The notes under the pieces: model-generated
Told to the model about the DNA's origin: nothing
Seen by the model: only the letters and a program-made list of their open reading frames with translations
Database searches by the model: none
In this document: in pieces, positions 38,067 to 49,400 of the stretch
How the letters are laid out: each line of letters starts with the position of its first letter
Position numbering within the stretch: the stretch's first letter is position 1
Assembly (NCBI RefSeq): GCF_006345805.1
Contig: NC_043009.1
Coordinates: 56,172,001-56,236,000 of the forward strand
DNA from: Octopus sinensis
Taxonomy: Eukaryota
Direction: 5' to 3'
DNA length: 64,000 nucleotides
Translations under genes and position numbers: made by a program

Positions 38067-39007
38067 TTATTAGCTCTGCCTTTGCTAAGGTGGAAGTATT
38101 GTTTTCAGTCTTGTTTGTTTGTCTATGGACAAGATATCTCAAGAACCACTGGATGGACTCGGATTAAACTTTCAGGGATGTTTGACCTCGTGATTGGTGC
38201 GAACTAATTAGAATTTGGGATCGATCCGGTATCAGACAAGGATTCTGGATTATTTGTTATATTTACTTTACATGAAGTATTACGATCTTATGTTGACTTT
38301 CAAGTCTTTCTCTGATTATCTCCCTTGAAAGCACACTTAAGGTTTCCATGTAAATTATGGCGGCATTGCTGTTTCCATAGTTTTATATTTGTTTCTCGAG
38401 CGTGGCTGTCTGCTAGCCTCGTCTGGCACCTGTGTCGGTGGCACATAAAAAACACCATCCGAGCGTGGCCGTCTGCCAGCCTCATCTGGCACCTGTGTTG
38501 GTGGCACATAAAATCACCCACTACACTCTCGGAGTGGTTGGTGTTAGGAAGGGCATCCAGCTGTAGAAACACTGCCAGATCTGACTGGCCTGGTGCAGCC
38601 TTCGGGCTTGCCAGACCCCAGTTGAACCGTCCAACCCATGCTAGCATGGAAAGCGGACGTTAAACGATGATGATGATGATGATTGTTAATTTTGCTCACA
38701 TCTCTATCTTAGTAGAAACTGATGGATAAAAAAATCAAATTACATAAACAAACAGCAGCAAAACCATTCAGAAATTAAACAACACTAACATATTCATTGG
38801 GATCGATCAGGCACCGGACAAGGATTCTGGATTATTTTACCTTTTTCTTTTTTTACTTAATTTTTGAGAGTGGTCAGGTTCATTTTTAGTATTCTCGATT
38901 GTGAGAGCAGTCGAGTTTATTTCAGATATTCTCATCTCCGGCTAATCATTGAGAGAACGTTGGTATGTTGCCTTGGTGGAGGTTTGCACTCTCTGAGTGC
39001 TCTTGTT
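38067..39007 (+). mobile_element. Helentron-associated (HINE-like) non-autonomous element, interrupted by a family C copy
   Basis: 5' ttattagctctgcctttgctaaggtggaagtattgttttc with a gtttgtttgtct microsatellite; 3' ccttggtggaggtttgcactctctgagtgctcttgtt. Internal duplicated gggatcgatc...gacaaggattctggattattt. Confidence 0.55.
38395..38683 (+). mobile_element. Family C copy with about three tandem 62-bp internal units
   Basis: Repeated gagcgtggc...tctggcacctgtgt.ggtggcacataaaa, then the standard C body and (ATG)n tail. Confidence 0.82.
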
Positions 39008-39459
39008 ATTTATTATTGCTACTATTATTAAGGCAGCAAGCTGGCAGAATTGTTAGCACTCTGAGCAAAATGCTTAGCAGCATTTCATCCATTTTTACAT
39101 TCTGAGTTCAAATTCTGCCAAGGTCATCTTTGCCTTTCAACCTTTCAGGATCGATTAAATAAGTACCAGTTACACACTGGGGTCGATGTAATCAACTTAA
39201 TCCCTTCCCCCAAATTTGAGGCTGTGTGCTTCCAGTAGAAAGGATTATTATTATTATTATTATTATCATCATCATCATCATCATCATTATTATGTCACAA
39301 TTCTTATTTCCTCATGATACATGAACTTACTTTATTTTGCTAATTTTATAACCTTAAGACTGACTTGGGATGGGGGAGGCTAATTCAAAAGAAAAATTCT
39401 TGTACAGGTTTGGTTTTTTTGGGGGTTTTTTCTAATTTTAAATTTTCTATATTTTATAG

Positions 39460-39622
39460 CACATTCGAAGGAAGGGAACTACCATCATTATAAATGAATC
39501 CGATGACGGCCTTGAGGTTAATGCTACAATGACCAATGCTGCATATGCCGACACTGGTAGGTTTACATGCACTTACGGAAGGAGGGTGTGGCTGAGCTCT
39601 GATGTTTACGTTTACTTTAGAG
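39460..39622 (+). CDS. Pvr: PVR-like RTK exon (Ig1 C-terminal half)
   Basis: Acceptor ttttatag, donor gtaagt. Reads HIRRKGTTIIINESDDGLEVNATMTNAAYADTGRFTCTYGRRVWLSSDVYVYFR, with the DTGxFxC Ig motif and the YVYxxDP motif of PDGFR/VEGFR once joined to the next exon. Confidence 0.92.
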
Positions 39623-39825
39623 GTAAGTACTAAATTAGTTTGTCATTCTGTTTCTAAGTAACTCATCACTCTTTGTAATGACTTATTCCACTGAGCTGGA
39701 GTGGTACACTCACATTGCAGTTCTTACATGCTATATTTGGAGGAAATTCTTGTATATAATATGGCTTTAACTCTTCTGTTGTTTTCATGAGCACACTGTT
39801 TTGGTATTGAGAAGGTATTGTCTAC

Positions 39826-40104
39826 ATTATTTACATTGATGGATATTTGTCCTCATCTTGTTTGTTGTTAACAAGGTTTCAGCTGATATACCCTCCAGCC
39901 TTCTTCAGGTGTCTTGGGGAAATTTCGAACCTGGGTTCTCATTCCAAAGGTATTTTTCGATGTTGTTGTTGTTGTCATTATTATTATTATTATTATTATT
40001 GTTCAGGTCACTGCTTGGAATCGAACTCAGAATCTTGGGGGGTTAGTAGCCCGCACTCTTAACCCCAAGATTCTGAGTTTGATTCCAAGCAGTGACCTGA
40101 ACAA

Positions 40105-40136
<32 letters not shown>

Positions 40137-40271
40137 TCATCGTAAAATACCTTAGGAATGAGAACCCAAGTTCGAAATTTCCCCAAGACACCTGAAGAAG
40201 GCTGGAGGGTATATCAGCTGAAACGTGTTAACAACAAACAAGATGACAAATATCCATTGAATGTACATAAT
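39826..40271. mobile_element. Fold-back element made of two inverted Penelope-like pLTR units
   Basis: Arms of about 215 bp and a 14-nt spacer at 40046-40059. Each arm carries acacCTGAAGAaggctg...cagctGAAAC. Confidence 0.75.
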
Positions 40272-41079
40272 TCCTCATCTCTTAAATATAGAAAGATATT
40301 GTCTATTTTAATAGAGTTATAATGTGTTGAATCAGCAGGTTAATTCTTCACCATCTAGCACTTGAGAACCTTCATGTGAGTCTGTCCTTTTTTCCTTCCT
40401 TCTTCTCGCTAGTCAAGGAGGCTCTGAAAAAGAACTGAACCTGAAACTGTGTGGTTGGTAGAGAATTGATAGAATAACACAAAATACATGTCTTGTTGTG
40501 TTAGATTACCCCCAGATAGATGGATTTTACCTTCAATAGATTATATTGTGATTGATTCCATTAACTCTGCTCTTCTGTAGATTTCTGGCCTGGTATCAGA
40601 GAAATTGTTGTTGTTGAGGAGGTGGAGCAGCTGACAGGATCATTGGCACACCGAGAAAAATGCTTGGTGGCATTCTGTCCATCGTTACATTCTGAGTTCA
40701 AATTCCACCGAGGTCAACTTTGCCTTTCTTCTTTTTGGAGTCATTGAAATAAGGACCGGTTGCACAATGGGATCAATGTAATCGACTAGCCTCTTCCTTC
40801 CCCAAAATTTCAGGCCTTCTGCCTATTATAGGAAGGATAATTATTATTATTATTATTATTATTATTAAGGTGGCAAGCTGACAGAATCATTAACTCACTG
40901 GACAAAATTTTTAGTGGTATTTCACCCGTTGCTGCATTCTGGGTTCAAATTCTGCTGAGGTCGACTTTACTTTTCATCTTTTTGGGGTCGATAAATTAAG
41001 TACCAGTGAAAAACTGGGGTTGATGTAAACAACTTACACCCCCCCCACCTCCCCTACAATTTCAGGCCTTGTAGAAAGG

Positions 41080-41114
<35 letters not shown>

Positions 41115-41594
41115 GGTGTCAAGCTGGCAGAATTGTTAGCACACCAGACAAAATGCTTCACAGTATTTCATCCATCTTCACATTGTGAGTTCTGATTCAG
41201 CTGAGGTTGACTTTACCTTTCTTCCTTTTGGGATTGATAAAATAAAGTAACATTTGAGCACTGGGGGAGATATAATCAACCAGCTCCCTCTTCCAAAATT
41301 TTTGGCGTAGTAGAAAGGATCATCATCATTATCATCATCACCATGGCGATGGATTGACAGAATGATTAAAATGTCAGACAATATGCCTTCCGGCACTTCT
41401 GACTCTACATTCTGAAATCAAATCCGACTGAGATCAACTTTGCCCTTTCGTACTTTTAGGGTGGATAACATAAAGTATCGGTCGATTACTGAGGTTTGTG
41501 GTATTCACTAACTCTTCTCCTCAACATTGCTGGCCTTGTGCCTAAATCAGTAATCATTAATTTTTATTCATTGCTAGTTACTCTTTTTACATGT

Positions 41595-41891
41595 GACTCA
41601 CTCACTCACGTGACCGACCAGACCATCAGATGTTGTTACACATCGCTGGTCACGATGCGTTTGCATTGTTTTAGCCTTCAAATGACGCCACCCCGCTGGC
41701 TAAGCGAGCAGGCCAACAGAAGAAAGAGTGGTGAAAGAGTACAGCAGGGATCACCACCCCCTGCCGGAGCCTCGTGGAGCTTTTAGGTGTTTTCGCTCAA
41801 TAAACACTCACAATGCCCAGTCTGGGAATCAAAACTGCGATCCTGCAACCGCGAGTCCGCTGCCCTAACCACTTGGCCATTGCGCCTCCAC
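41595..41891 (-). mobile_element. Family E SINE, full length with TSD
   Basis: 12-bp TSD ctttttacatgt at 41583-41594 and 41892-41903. Confidence 0.88.
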
Positions 41892-41956
41892 CTTTTTACA
41901 TGTACGTTTAAATATTTGTTGTGCAAGATTTTTTATGTGAAGTCGTGTGTTGAAAC

Positions 41957-42331
41957 AGATATTGTTATATTTTGGAATGGTCATTTTGCCAGTTTAGCCA
42001 ATAAAAACACACGCACTATATATTTGGTGTTATTTTGCTTCAGTGTTATTTATTTTTTACATTAATCTTAATCTTATTTCGGCCAAATAAAGACATACAA
42101 TAGAAATACAAAATGGCTGACGGTTAGTAAGGAGAGACACAAATAAGAAAGAAGAAAACAAAGGACCACTGATGCGGTCACAGGAGTGTGACGAGAGAAC
42201 TCTGGCCGAAATAAGATTAAGGTTAATGTAAAAAATAAATAACACTGAAGCAAAATAACACCAAATATATAGTGCGTGTGTTTTTATTGGCTAAACTGGC
42301 AAAACGACCATTCCGAAATATAACAATATCT
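41957..42331. repeat. Inverted repeat with 129-bp arms and a 117-bp spacer
   Basis: 41957-42085 is the reverse complement of 42203-42331 with a few mismatches. Confidence 0.92.
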
Positions 42332-43069
42332 TTTTACATGCTCTTCCGTGTAATCCTACAGCATATCATCCTGTACTGTTCCCCATGTTTTTTGTGATCA
42401 ATAAAGAAAAACAAATCATCATCATCATTATTATTAGGCAGGTAGCTGGCAGACTGATTAGCATGCAGGGCAAAATGCTTAGCAGTATTTCATCCTTCTT
42501 TACGTTCTGAGTTCAAATTCCACCAAGGTTGACTTTGCTTTTCATCCTTCCAGGGTCAATAAAATAAGCACCAGTTGAATATTACATTTGATGTAATTGA
42601 TTTATCCCCCTTCCCCTGAAATTGCTGGCCTTGTGCTAAAATTTAAAACCCAGGACAATTTTGCCTTTCGTCCTTTTGGGGTCAATAAATTAAGTACTAG
42701 TGAAACACTTCTTTTTCTTCTTCTTTTTCTCCTCCTCCTCCTCCTCCTTCTTCTTCTTGCAGTGAGCTGGCAGAATTGTTAGCATGGTGGATGAAATGCT
42801 TAGTAGTATTTCGCCTGTCGCTATGTTTTGAGCTCAAATTCCACCAAGGTTGACCTTACCTTTCATCCTTCTGGGGTCAATAAATTAAGTACCTGTGAAA
42901 AACTGGGGTCAATGTAATTGACACATCCCCTCCCCTAGAATGGCTGCCCTTGTGGCAAAATTTGAAACCATTCTTCTTCTTCTTATTATTATTATTATTA
43001 TTATTCATTAGTCTTATTTTTATCACATTCTTTCACTGCACTACCAAGCACAGCCCTGTGTACCTTGGG

Positions 43070-43805
43070 TATGTGCTGTGGTACTTAACAGACACTGACT
43101 TTGCTGACGACATCGCTATTATCAGTGATTCTCTCTCCAATGCCCAGTCTCTTTTACAATCTCTTGAACAAGCCTCAAATTGTGTAGGTCTTTACCTCAA
43201 TGAGTCCAAGACTGAATATGTAAACAAGTGCCTGTCCAACAGTGATTTCATCATCCATACTCTCAACAATACACTCTTAAATATGGTTTCTGATTATAAA
43301 TATCTTGGGTCATACTATCATCATCTGAAAAAATTTTCTAACTAGAAAGGGTATGACCTGGTCAGCATAAGATCTGGTATTCAAATCTAAGTAGAGATTT
43401 CACACTTAAAATCTTCAAAGCCACAGTTGAACCAATTCTACAATATAGCTCAGAAACCTGGACGTTATCAAAGAAGCTTGAGAGGCAGTTGGATGGAACT
43501 TACACTCGCCTCCTTATGAGAGCTCAAAATCTCTCGTGGAAGCATCATCCAACCAAAGTACAAAAAGAGTCCAGTTTGCTAGACATTGTTGTAGAGCTGA
43601 AAACGAGGTAAATTTCTACTCTTCTCCTCTGGAGGCCACCTGCTCGTGATACCAGAGGGCACATACTCTCCTACCCTGATGTAATCTCCAGGGATACAGG
43701 CATCCAGCAACAGGACCTCCGTAATGCTAAGATGGACCGTGAAGTCTGGCGTAACATAGTAAATTCCATTGTCTCAACCATGGTCGAACAATGATGATGA
43801 TGATG
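43070..43805 (+). mobile_element. RTE-clade LINE 3' fragment (a second family), (TGA)n tail
   Basis: TDFADDIAIIS...VGLYLNESKTEY...DYKYLGSY, then KIFKATVEPILQYSSETWTLSKKLERQLDGTYTRLLMRAQNLSWKHHPT. Confidence 0.9.
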
Positions 43806-44259
43806 TGCTGTGGTTTGTTTTTGGTGTTGCTATTTCTTGCTAATTTTTAGGATGTGTACAGTACCTAGTAGTACCATTTTCTGTATGTAATATATATTCT
43901 TTATATTCTTAAGTCCTGGCGTTTTGGTTATGTATTTGTCTGTATTTTTTTTAACCATACCTAATGCACCTGTTGTTATCAGGATTGTTTCTGTTTTTCG
44001 GCTCTACATTCAGGTTATCTCTATTTCCAAATCTTTGCATTTTGAGAATTTTTCCTTTGCTTTTAGAGATACATTGTCAGTTTTTGGGATGGATACATCA
44101 ATTAGAAGACATTCTTTTTTCTTGATGATCTCTGACAACTACACCCAATGTCTTAGCCTTGATCTCTCTATCTGTGTATATTGGTATATCCTAGAGTATA
44201 TTTGCTTTATTATTATTATCATTATTATGATTATTATTATTTATTTATTTATATTTCAG

Positions 44260-44529
44260 ATCCAGATAACTTCTTTGTTGAAAGTATTATATTCAGTCAT
44301 GTCACGAGCCTTCAACCAGGATACTTCAGTTGCCTAGTGACAGACCCTAATATCAAAGTGAGCCTACGGAAGCATAGCAAACCTGTTGAACTTAGCAAAA
44401 ACCTCCAGTATGACCCAAAAAAGGGTTTTGTAATTAAAGTTCCAACAGTGCTGTACACTGGCACTTTTGCATGTGTTGGAGAACTCGACAATAAAACTCA
44501 AACAGTAGCTGTGCACAGCACTTTTCAGG
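44260..44529 (+). CDS. Pvr: PVR-like RTK exon (Ig2, ligand-binding domain)
   Basis: Acceptor atttcag, donor gtgagt, phase 1 to phase 1. Reads (D)PDNFFVES...CLVTDPNIKVSL...YDPKKGFVI...GTFACVGE...STFQ. CxVTDPNxxVxL and YDPKKGF are typical of VEGFR/PDGFR domain 2. Confidence 0.95.
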
Positions 44530-44829
44530 GTGAGTTGGTGTTATTTGTTTACTTTATATATTCACTCTCTTAGATTTTGATCCAAATAGTACCACGACAG
44601 CCAAAAACTAGAAGTAGGATCAAAAATTCTTATTGATAACATTGTCGAGGGTTTTTTTACAAATTCGGTATTTGTATATTTCAAGCTTTGCTACAAATAC
44701 AATGTTATGTTCCCTAGATACCGGTATGGTTGTGTGGTTAAGAAGATTGCTCTAGAGCTATGTGGTCTTGAGTTCAGTCCTACTGCATGGCATCTTGGGG
44801 AAATGTTTTTTACTATAATATGCAACCAA

Positions 44830-45330
44830 GCGAACACCCTCTATCAGGCATCTACCATACTCTGAATGCCTTGCTTCCTTGGACAAGGATCCATTGAAAC
44901 TCCAACATCTGGCAACTGACTTGGTAAACACCCACAAAATTATTAACCATCGTGCCAACAAACTTGAGCACCTTTTTGAATTCCAAGTGTTTAAAACACA
45001 TGGGCATGTTACAAAGTCAAAAAATAGTACAGCTCCCGTGACTTTCAGAAACATTTTTTTCACACTCAGTGTTGCTGAAGCATGGAACAAATTACCTGCA
45101 TCAGTTGTTTGTTAGCTGCTGAGACATAGCATCCTTTAAAATATCCATGCTCCCTGAAATTCACCAACACTACACCTGATATCCCTTCACTCCATAAGCA
45201 TTCACACATGTATATCATGACTCATACACTGTTCACTTTCCTGACATCTGTACATAATTCTATGTACTGTACATGCACATTTGATAAGTTGTAGTGCACC
45301 TGAGCACTGTACACAATAATTTCTTTATTA
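44830..45330 (+). mobile_element. CR1/L2-type LINE 3' fragment inserted in a family A SINE
   Basis: ATDLVNTHKII...KTHGH...FRNIFFTLSVAEAWNKLPASVV. The family A head lies at 44722-44825 and its continuation at about 45587-45645. Confidence 0.78.
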
Positions 45331-46304
45331 TTATTATTATTATTATTAACAGATGCAGCACGGATTTTTGTCAGTGAACAGGTCGCGGTCTTAAAGCGAC
45401 GAAAATATTTTGACAAATTAAACTTAAATGTTGAAGTGAATTGAACGGCTTTTGTGTATTTCTTAAATGGCTTACAAACACCTTCCACGCTGCAATTGTT
45501 TTCGTTTCAGCACACGATCTCAGATCAAATCACTTGCTATGCAAGTACATCCCCATAATACTATTAACACAACAACAAAAACAACGCAAAGCCTTGTGAG
45601 TGGATTTAGTCGGCAGAAACTGAAAGGATTCCATTGTGTGTGTTGTTTGTTTATTCCCATCATACAATTGGTATAAATGAGCATCGTCACCATACAAGGG
45701 TATTCCTTCATTTCCAGTCTTCCATGAAAACGTTTCCAGTCGTAGCATTTTTATGGCTGTTTACATTCTGAGTTCAAATCCCAGGGCTAACTTTGCCTTT
45801 CATCATTTTGGGTTTGATAAAATAAAGTACTGGTCAAGTACCAAAGTCAGTATAATCAAGCACCCTCTTCTTAGTTGCTGGACTTATGCCAAAATTTGAT
45901 AAAAATTATTCATCTGGTGTTTAAAGAATTGAGCTGGTGGAATCATTAGGATGTTGTCAGTCAAAATGCTTACCAGCATTTTTTCCAAACCTTTATAGTT
46001 TGAATCCAAATGCGAACATCACTTTTGACTTCCATCCTTTTGGGATTAACAAAATAAAGTACCGGTGAAGTACCAGGGTCAATATAATCAACCCCACACA
46101 CACACACACACACATATATTACTGGCCTTGTGCCAAAATTTAAAACAATATTAATTGTTGTTTGAAGAAAGGATTTAATTAATTTATATTTCTTAAAAAT
46201 AAGAAGTTTGTATCATTTGAACCAGAGGTAGCTTAAGGCGTGTTGGTATCAAAACAGCTAATTGATTAATTATGAATTTTTTTTTCTGTTTTTTCTCCTC
46301 TTAG

Positions 46305-46441
46305 ATAATCAGGAACTGACTCCTGAAATTATTGTAGATAGAACTAAGTACATGGTTAATGAAAAAATTGAAATGAGTTGCAAAGTTGAGGTTAACAAAC
46401 AAAGTGCGATACATATGGAATGGATCTTACCAAATAATAAA
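46305..46441 (+). CDS. Pvr: PVR-like RTK exon (Ig3 N-terminal half)
   Basis: Polypyrimidine tract with ctcttag acceptor, donor gtaagt. Reads (D)NQELTPEIIVDRTKYMVNEKIEMSCKVEVNKQSAIHMEWILPNNK. Ends in phase 0. Confidence 0.92.
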
Positions 46442-49400
46442 GTAAGTCGCTCAACAAACTTATTTCTATTATTCAGCTTTTAATCTGTTATTTAATGTTG
46501 TCATTGTTCTTGTTATTATTACAGGGCAAAGTCTCTTCAACGGTTTGAAAAAATGTTTCAGTTTTACTTTTAATAACTTTATATTTATTATGTTTCTTAT
46601 CTTCATTTATTTTTTTCCAGATTTTGCAAAACCCAAAGCACACACAAAAGGAAAAAAACAGAAATTAGATTCTAAAAAAAAATGAGTAATGCTTGAAGTG
46701 CTGCCTTGCACTGGTTTTGATCCCTATGCAAGGAGCTTAATCACTCAAGCTGATTGAGTGGTTTGTAAGAGAGTCAGACAATAAAATTCATTTATCCAGG
46801 TGTCTGGACTGAACCCAAGCCACAATGGTCACAGTAAATGGATGTCCAATTAAAAATATGCAACAATATGTGTTAGAGTTATTTGGACATTTAGTATTTG
46901 AAGCCCTTTCCCTCTACTGACAAAAGTAATGTTTCCCATGAGCATGTGGCCTTCATGTTAGCCTATCTATGAGAACTAATACCAATTTGTTTGTTTTTTT
47001 TAAATTATACCCATTCTTGTTATTTTGCTTATTTCTTCTAGTCAGTTTATCATCCAGTTTATCTCTCATCCACAAGTTCTGAAATTCAATACAGTCTCTA
47101 ATCACTAAAAATTGAACTAAAATTCATATATTTACTCTGTTTTTAAAGATCACATTATATTATTATTTTAGTCAAGCAAAAAATTTACTTAACTTTAGCT
47201 TTCTTTTTTATTTCACAAAATTCTTAAACTTTCAACAGTTTATAATATTGTTATATGATATGATGGCACCTGGAGAATATGATGTCATTAGAAGGTCATT
47301 TAAATGTGGTCTGGGAAATATCTGTGCTTTAGCTTATGGCAGGGGATAAATAACACAAACCAATAAAGTGTCTCTAAGTGGTTACTGAACATGTTTGAAA
47401 CAGCAGCCAGATCTCCCTCAAATCAATCAAAACTCCACTATCTTCAACAAAGTTACATTCAATAATTTGGCTTTTGACAGTCTTAAAAAGATGGGATGAT
47501 CAACGCTGGAATGCTTTTGATTATAGATTTACTCAGTCAAGATTGATTTGAATCTAAACTACGAGTACATTTTTTTTTTACATTCTAAACACAAGGCCTG
47601 AAATTTTCTGGGAAGGGGCCATTCGATTAGATCAACCTCAGTACGCAACTAATACTTAATTTATCAACCCCGAAAGGATGACAGGCAAAATCGACCTCGG
47701 CAGAATTTGGACTCAGAACTTAAAGACTGACAAAATACCACTAAGCATTTCACCCAATGTGCTAACGTTTCTGCCAGCCCGCTGCCTTCTAAACTACAAG
47801 TACTACAAATAAAACGATCATGTGATTGACCAGACTATCAGATGTTGTTACACATTGCTTGTCACAATATGCTTTGCATCATTTTAGTCTTCAAATGATG
47901 TCACCCTGCTGGCTAGGCCAGAAGGCCAACATCCTCTCCCCCACCCCGATCAAAAGGGAAACTTGGAGCAACATGAAATGAAATGAAGTGTTTTTTCAAG
48001 AACACAATGCACTGCCTGGTCTAGGAATCGAATCTATGATCAAGTGATTGTGGATGCAACAGCCTAACCACTAGGCCACATGCCTTCACGTACAAATGGC
48101 ATAATATGCTTGTGTAAATAAGCAAACTTTTATAACTCTCTACAGAGTCTCCAAGATTGGTGGGCGTGAGGAAGAAAGGTATCCTCTAATCAGAGACCCA
48201 GCTAGAATACTTGCCACCTTGGATACCTTGAGAGGATTTCACTGACCCTGTTGCAAGTGATTGTGTTAAGCTGGGTGATGGATGAAACTTGCCATCCAAG
48301 TAGACCCTGGCAGGATCTGAACTCAGAGCACAAAGTTCTAAAATAAATACCACTAGGCAGCTTATCCCATGTTCTTTCAGTTTCGCCGACTCGCCACCCT
48401 CAGTTAGTAACCCCCCCCCTTTTTTTTATGTCAACCTTAAAAAGATAACAAGTAAAAGTGATCTGCAACCAGATTTGAACCCATCTGTAGTGGCCCCAGC
48501 AAGATTTGAACTCATCTACTACAGAAAGCTCAAACTGGAATAAAATTATGTCATCAAAAGAGAAGTCTAACATTTGAAGCTGAACTCTTCAGAGAAGAGA
48601 GAATTGATTACTGAGGATGAAGGATAAATAAAATTTGCCAGCTGACATTTCAGTTCTATCTAATGAAACACTAAACATCATGGTATAGAATTTGTCTCAA
48701 CTTTTTGTATTATCATTTGCCAATGTAAAACAGTGACCTGGCAGAATTGTTAGCATACCAGGTAAAATGATTAGCAGCATTTCTTCCAGCTTTATATTCA
48801 GAGTTCAAATTCTGCTGAGGTCAGCTTTGGAGTTCCAAAGCCACCGAGGTTGATTTTGCCTTTCATCCTTCCAGGGTTGATAAAATAAGTACCAGTTCAG
48901 AATTTGGGTTCATGTAATCAACTACTTCCTCCTCTCAAATTAGAAAGAATTATTTATTTCCAATTTTAAGAGTAGTGGAATGAGCAGATTCCTTTGACCT
49001 TGGACAAAATGTCTTGCAACTTTTCTTTTGGTTTATCACGTTCTGTGTTCAAATCCCACCATAGTTAATTTTACCTTTCTTCTTTTCATCTAGAAAGTAA
49101 CCAGTCATGTATTAGGGTCAGTTATATCAACTAGCTCCCTCCTTTCAAAACTGTTGGCCTTGTTCCTAGATTAGAAGCAATTTTTTATTTCTAATTTTAT
49201 GTCTGTCATTCAAATAATATTTATTTCATTCTTTCTTTTTATCTTTTTCTTTTTGTATCTTTCTCCTCTTCCTCTAGGTAATTGTGGTTTGCAAAGCTGA
49301 CCAGGTAAAGTGCTGTTCCTATCAGCATTAATCCTTCAAAACTGCATTTTGTCATGCTTAACTATTTATTGTCGTAGTAGGTAGCAACATGGTGCAGAGT

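Larger units (their letters stand above)
39031..46140 (+). mobile_element. Cluster of about 11 family B SINE copies, co-oriented
   Basis: Copies start near 39031, 40625, 40867, 41113, 41345, 42437, 42655, 42765, 45760 and 45935, mostly separated by (TAT)n or (CAT)n runs. Confidence 0.8.

Noticed and set aside
42160-42215. Hammerhead ribozyme in the spacer of the 41957-42331 repeat
   Set aside because: The core is CTGATGC (A9 missing), GAAA is followed by TAAG with no NUH triplet, and there is no stem I complement.
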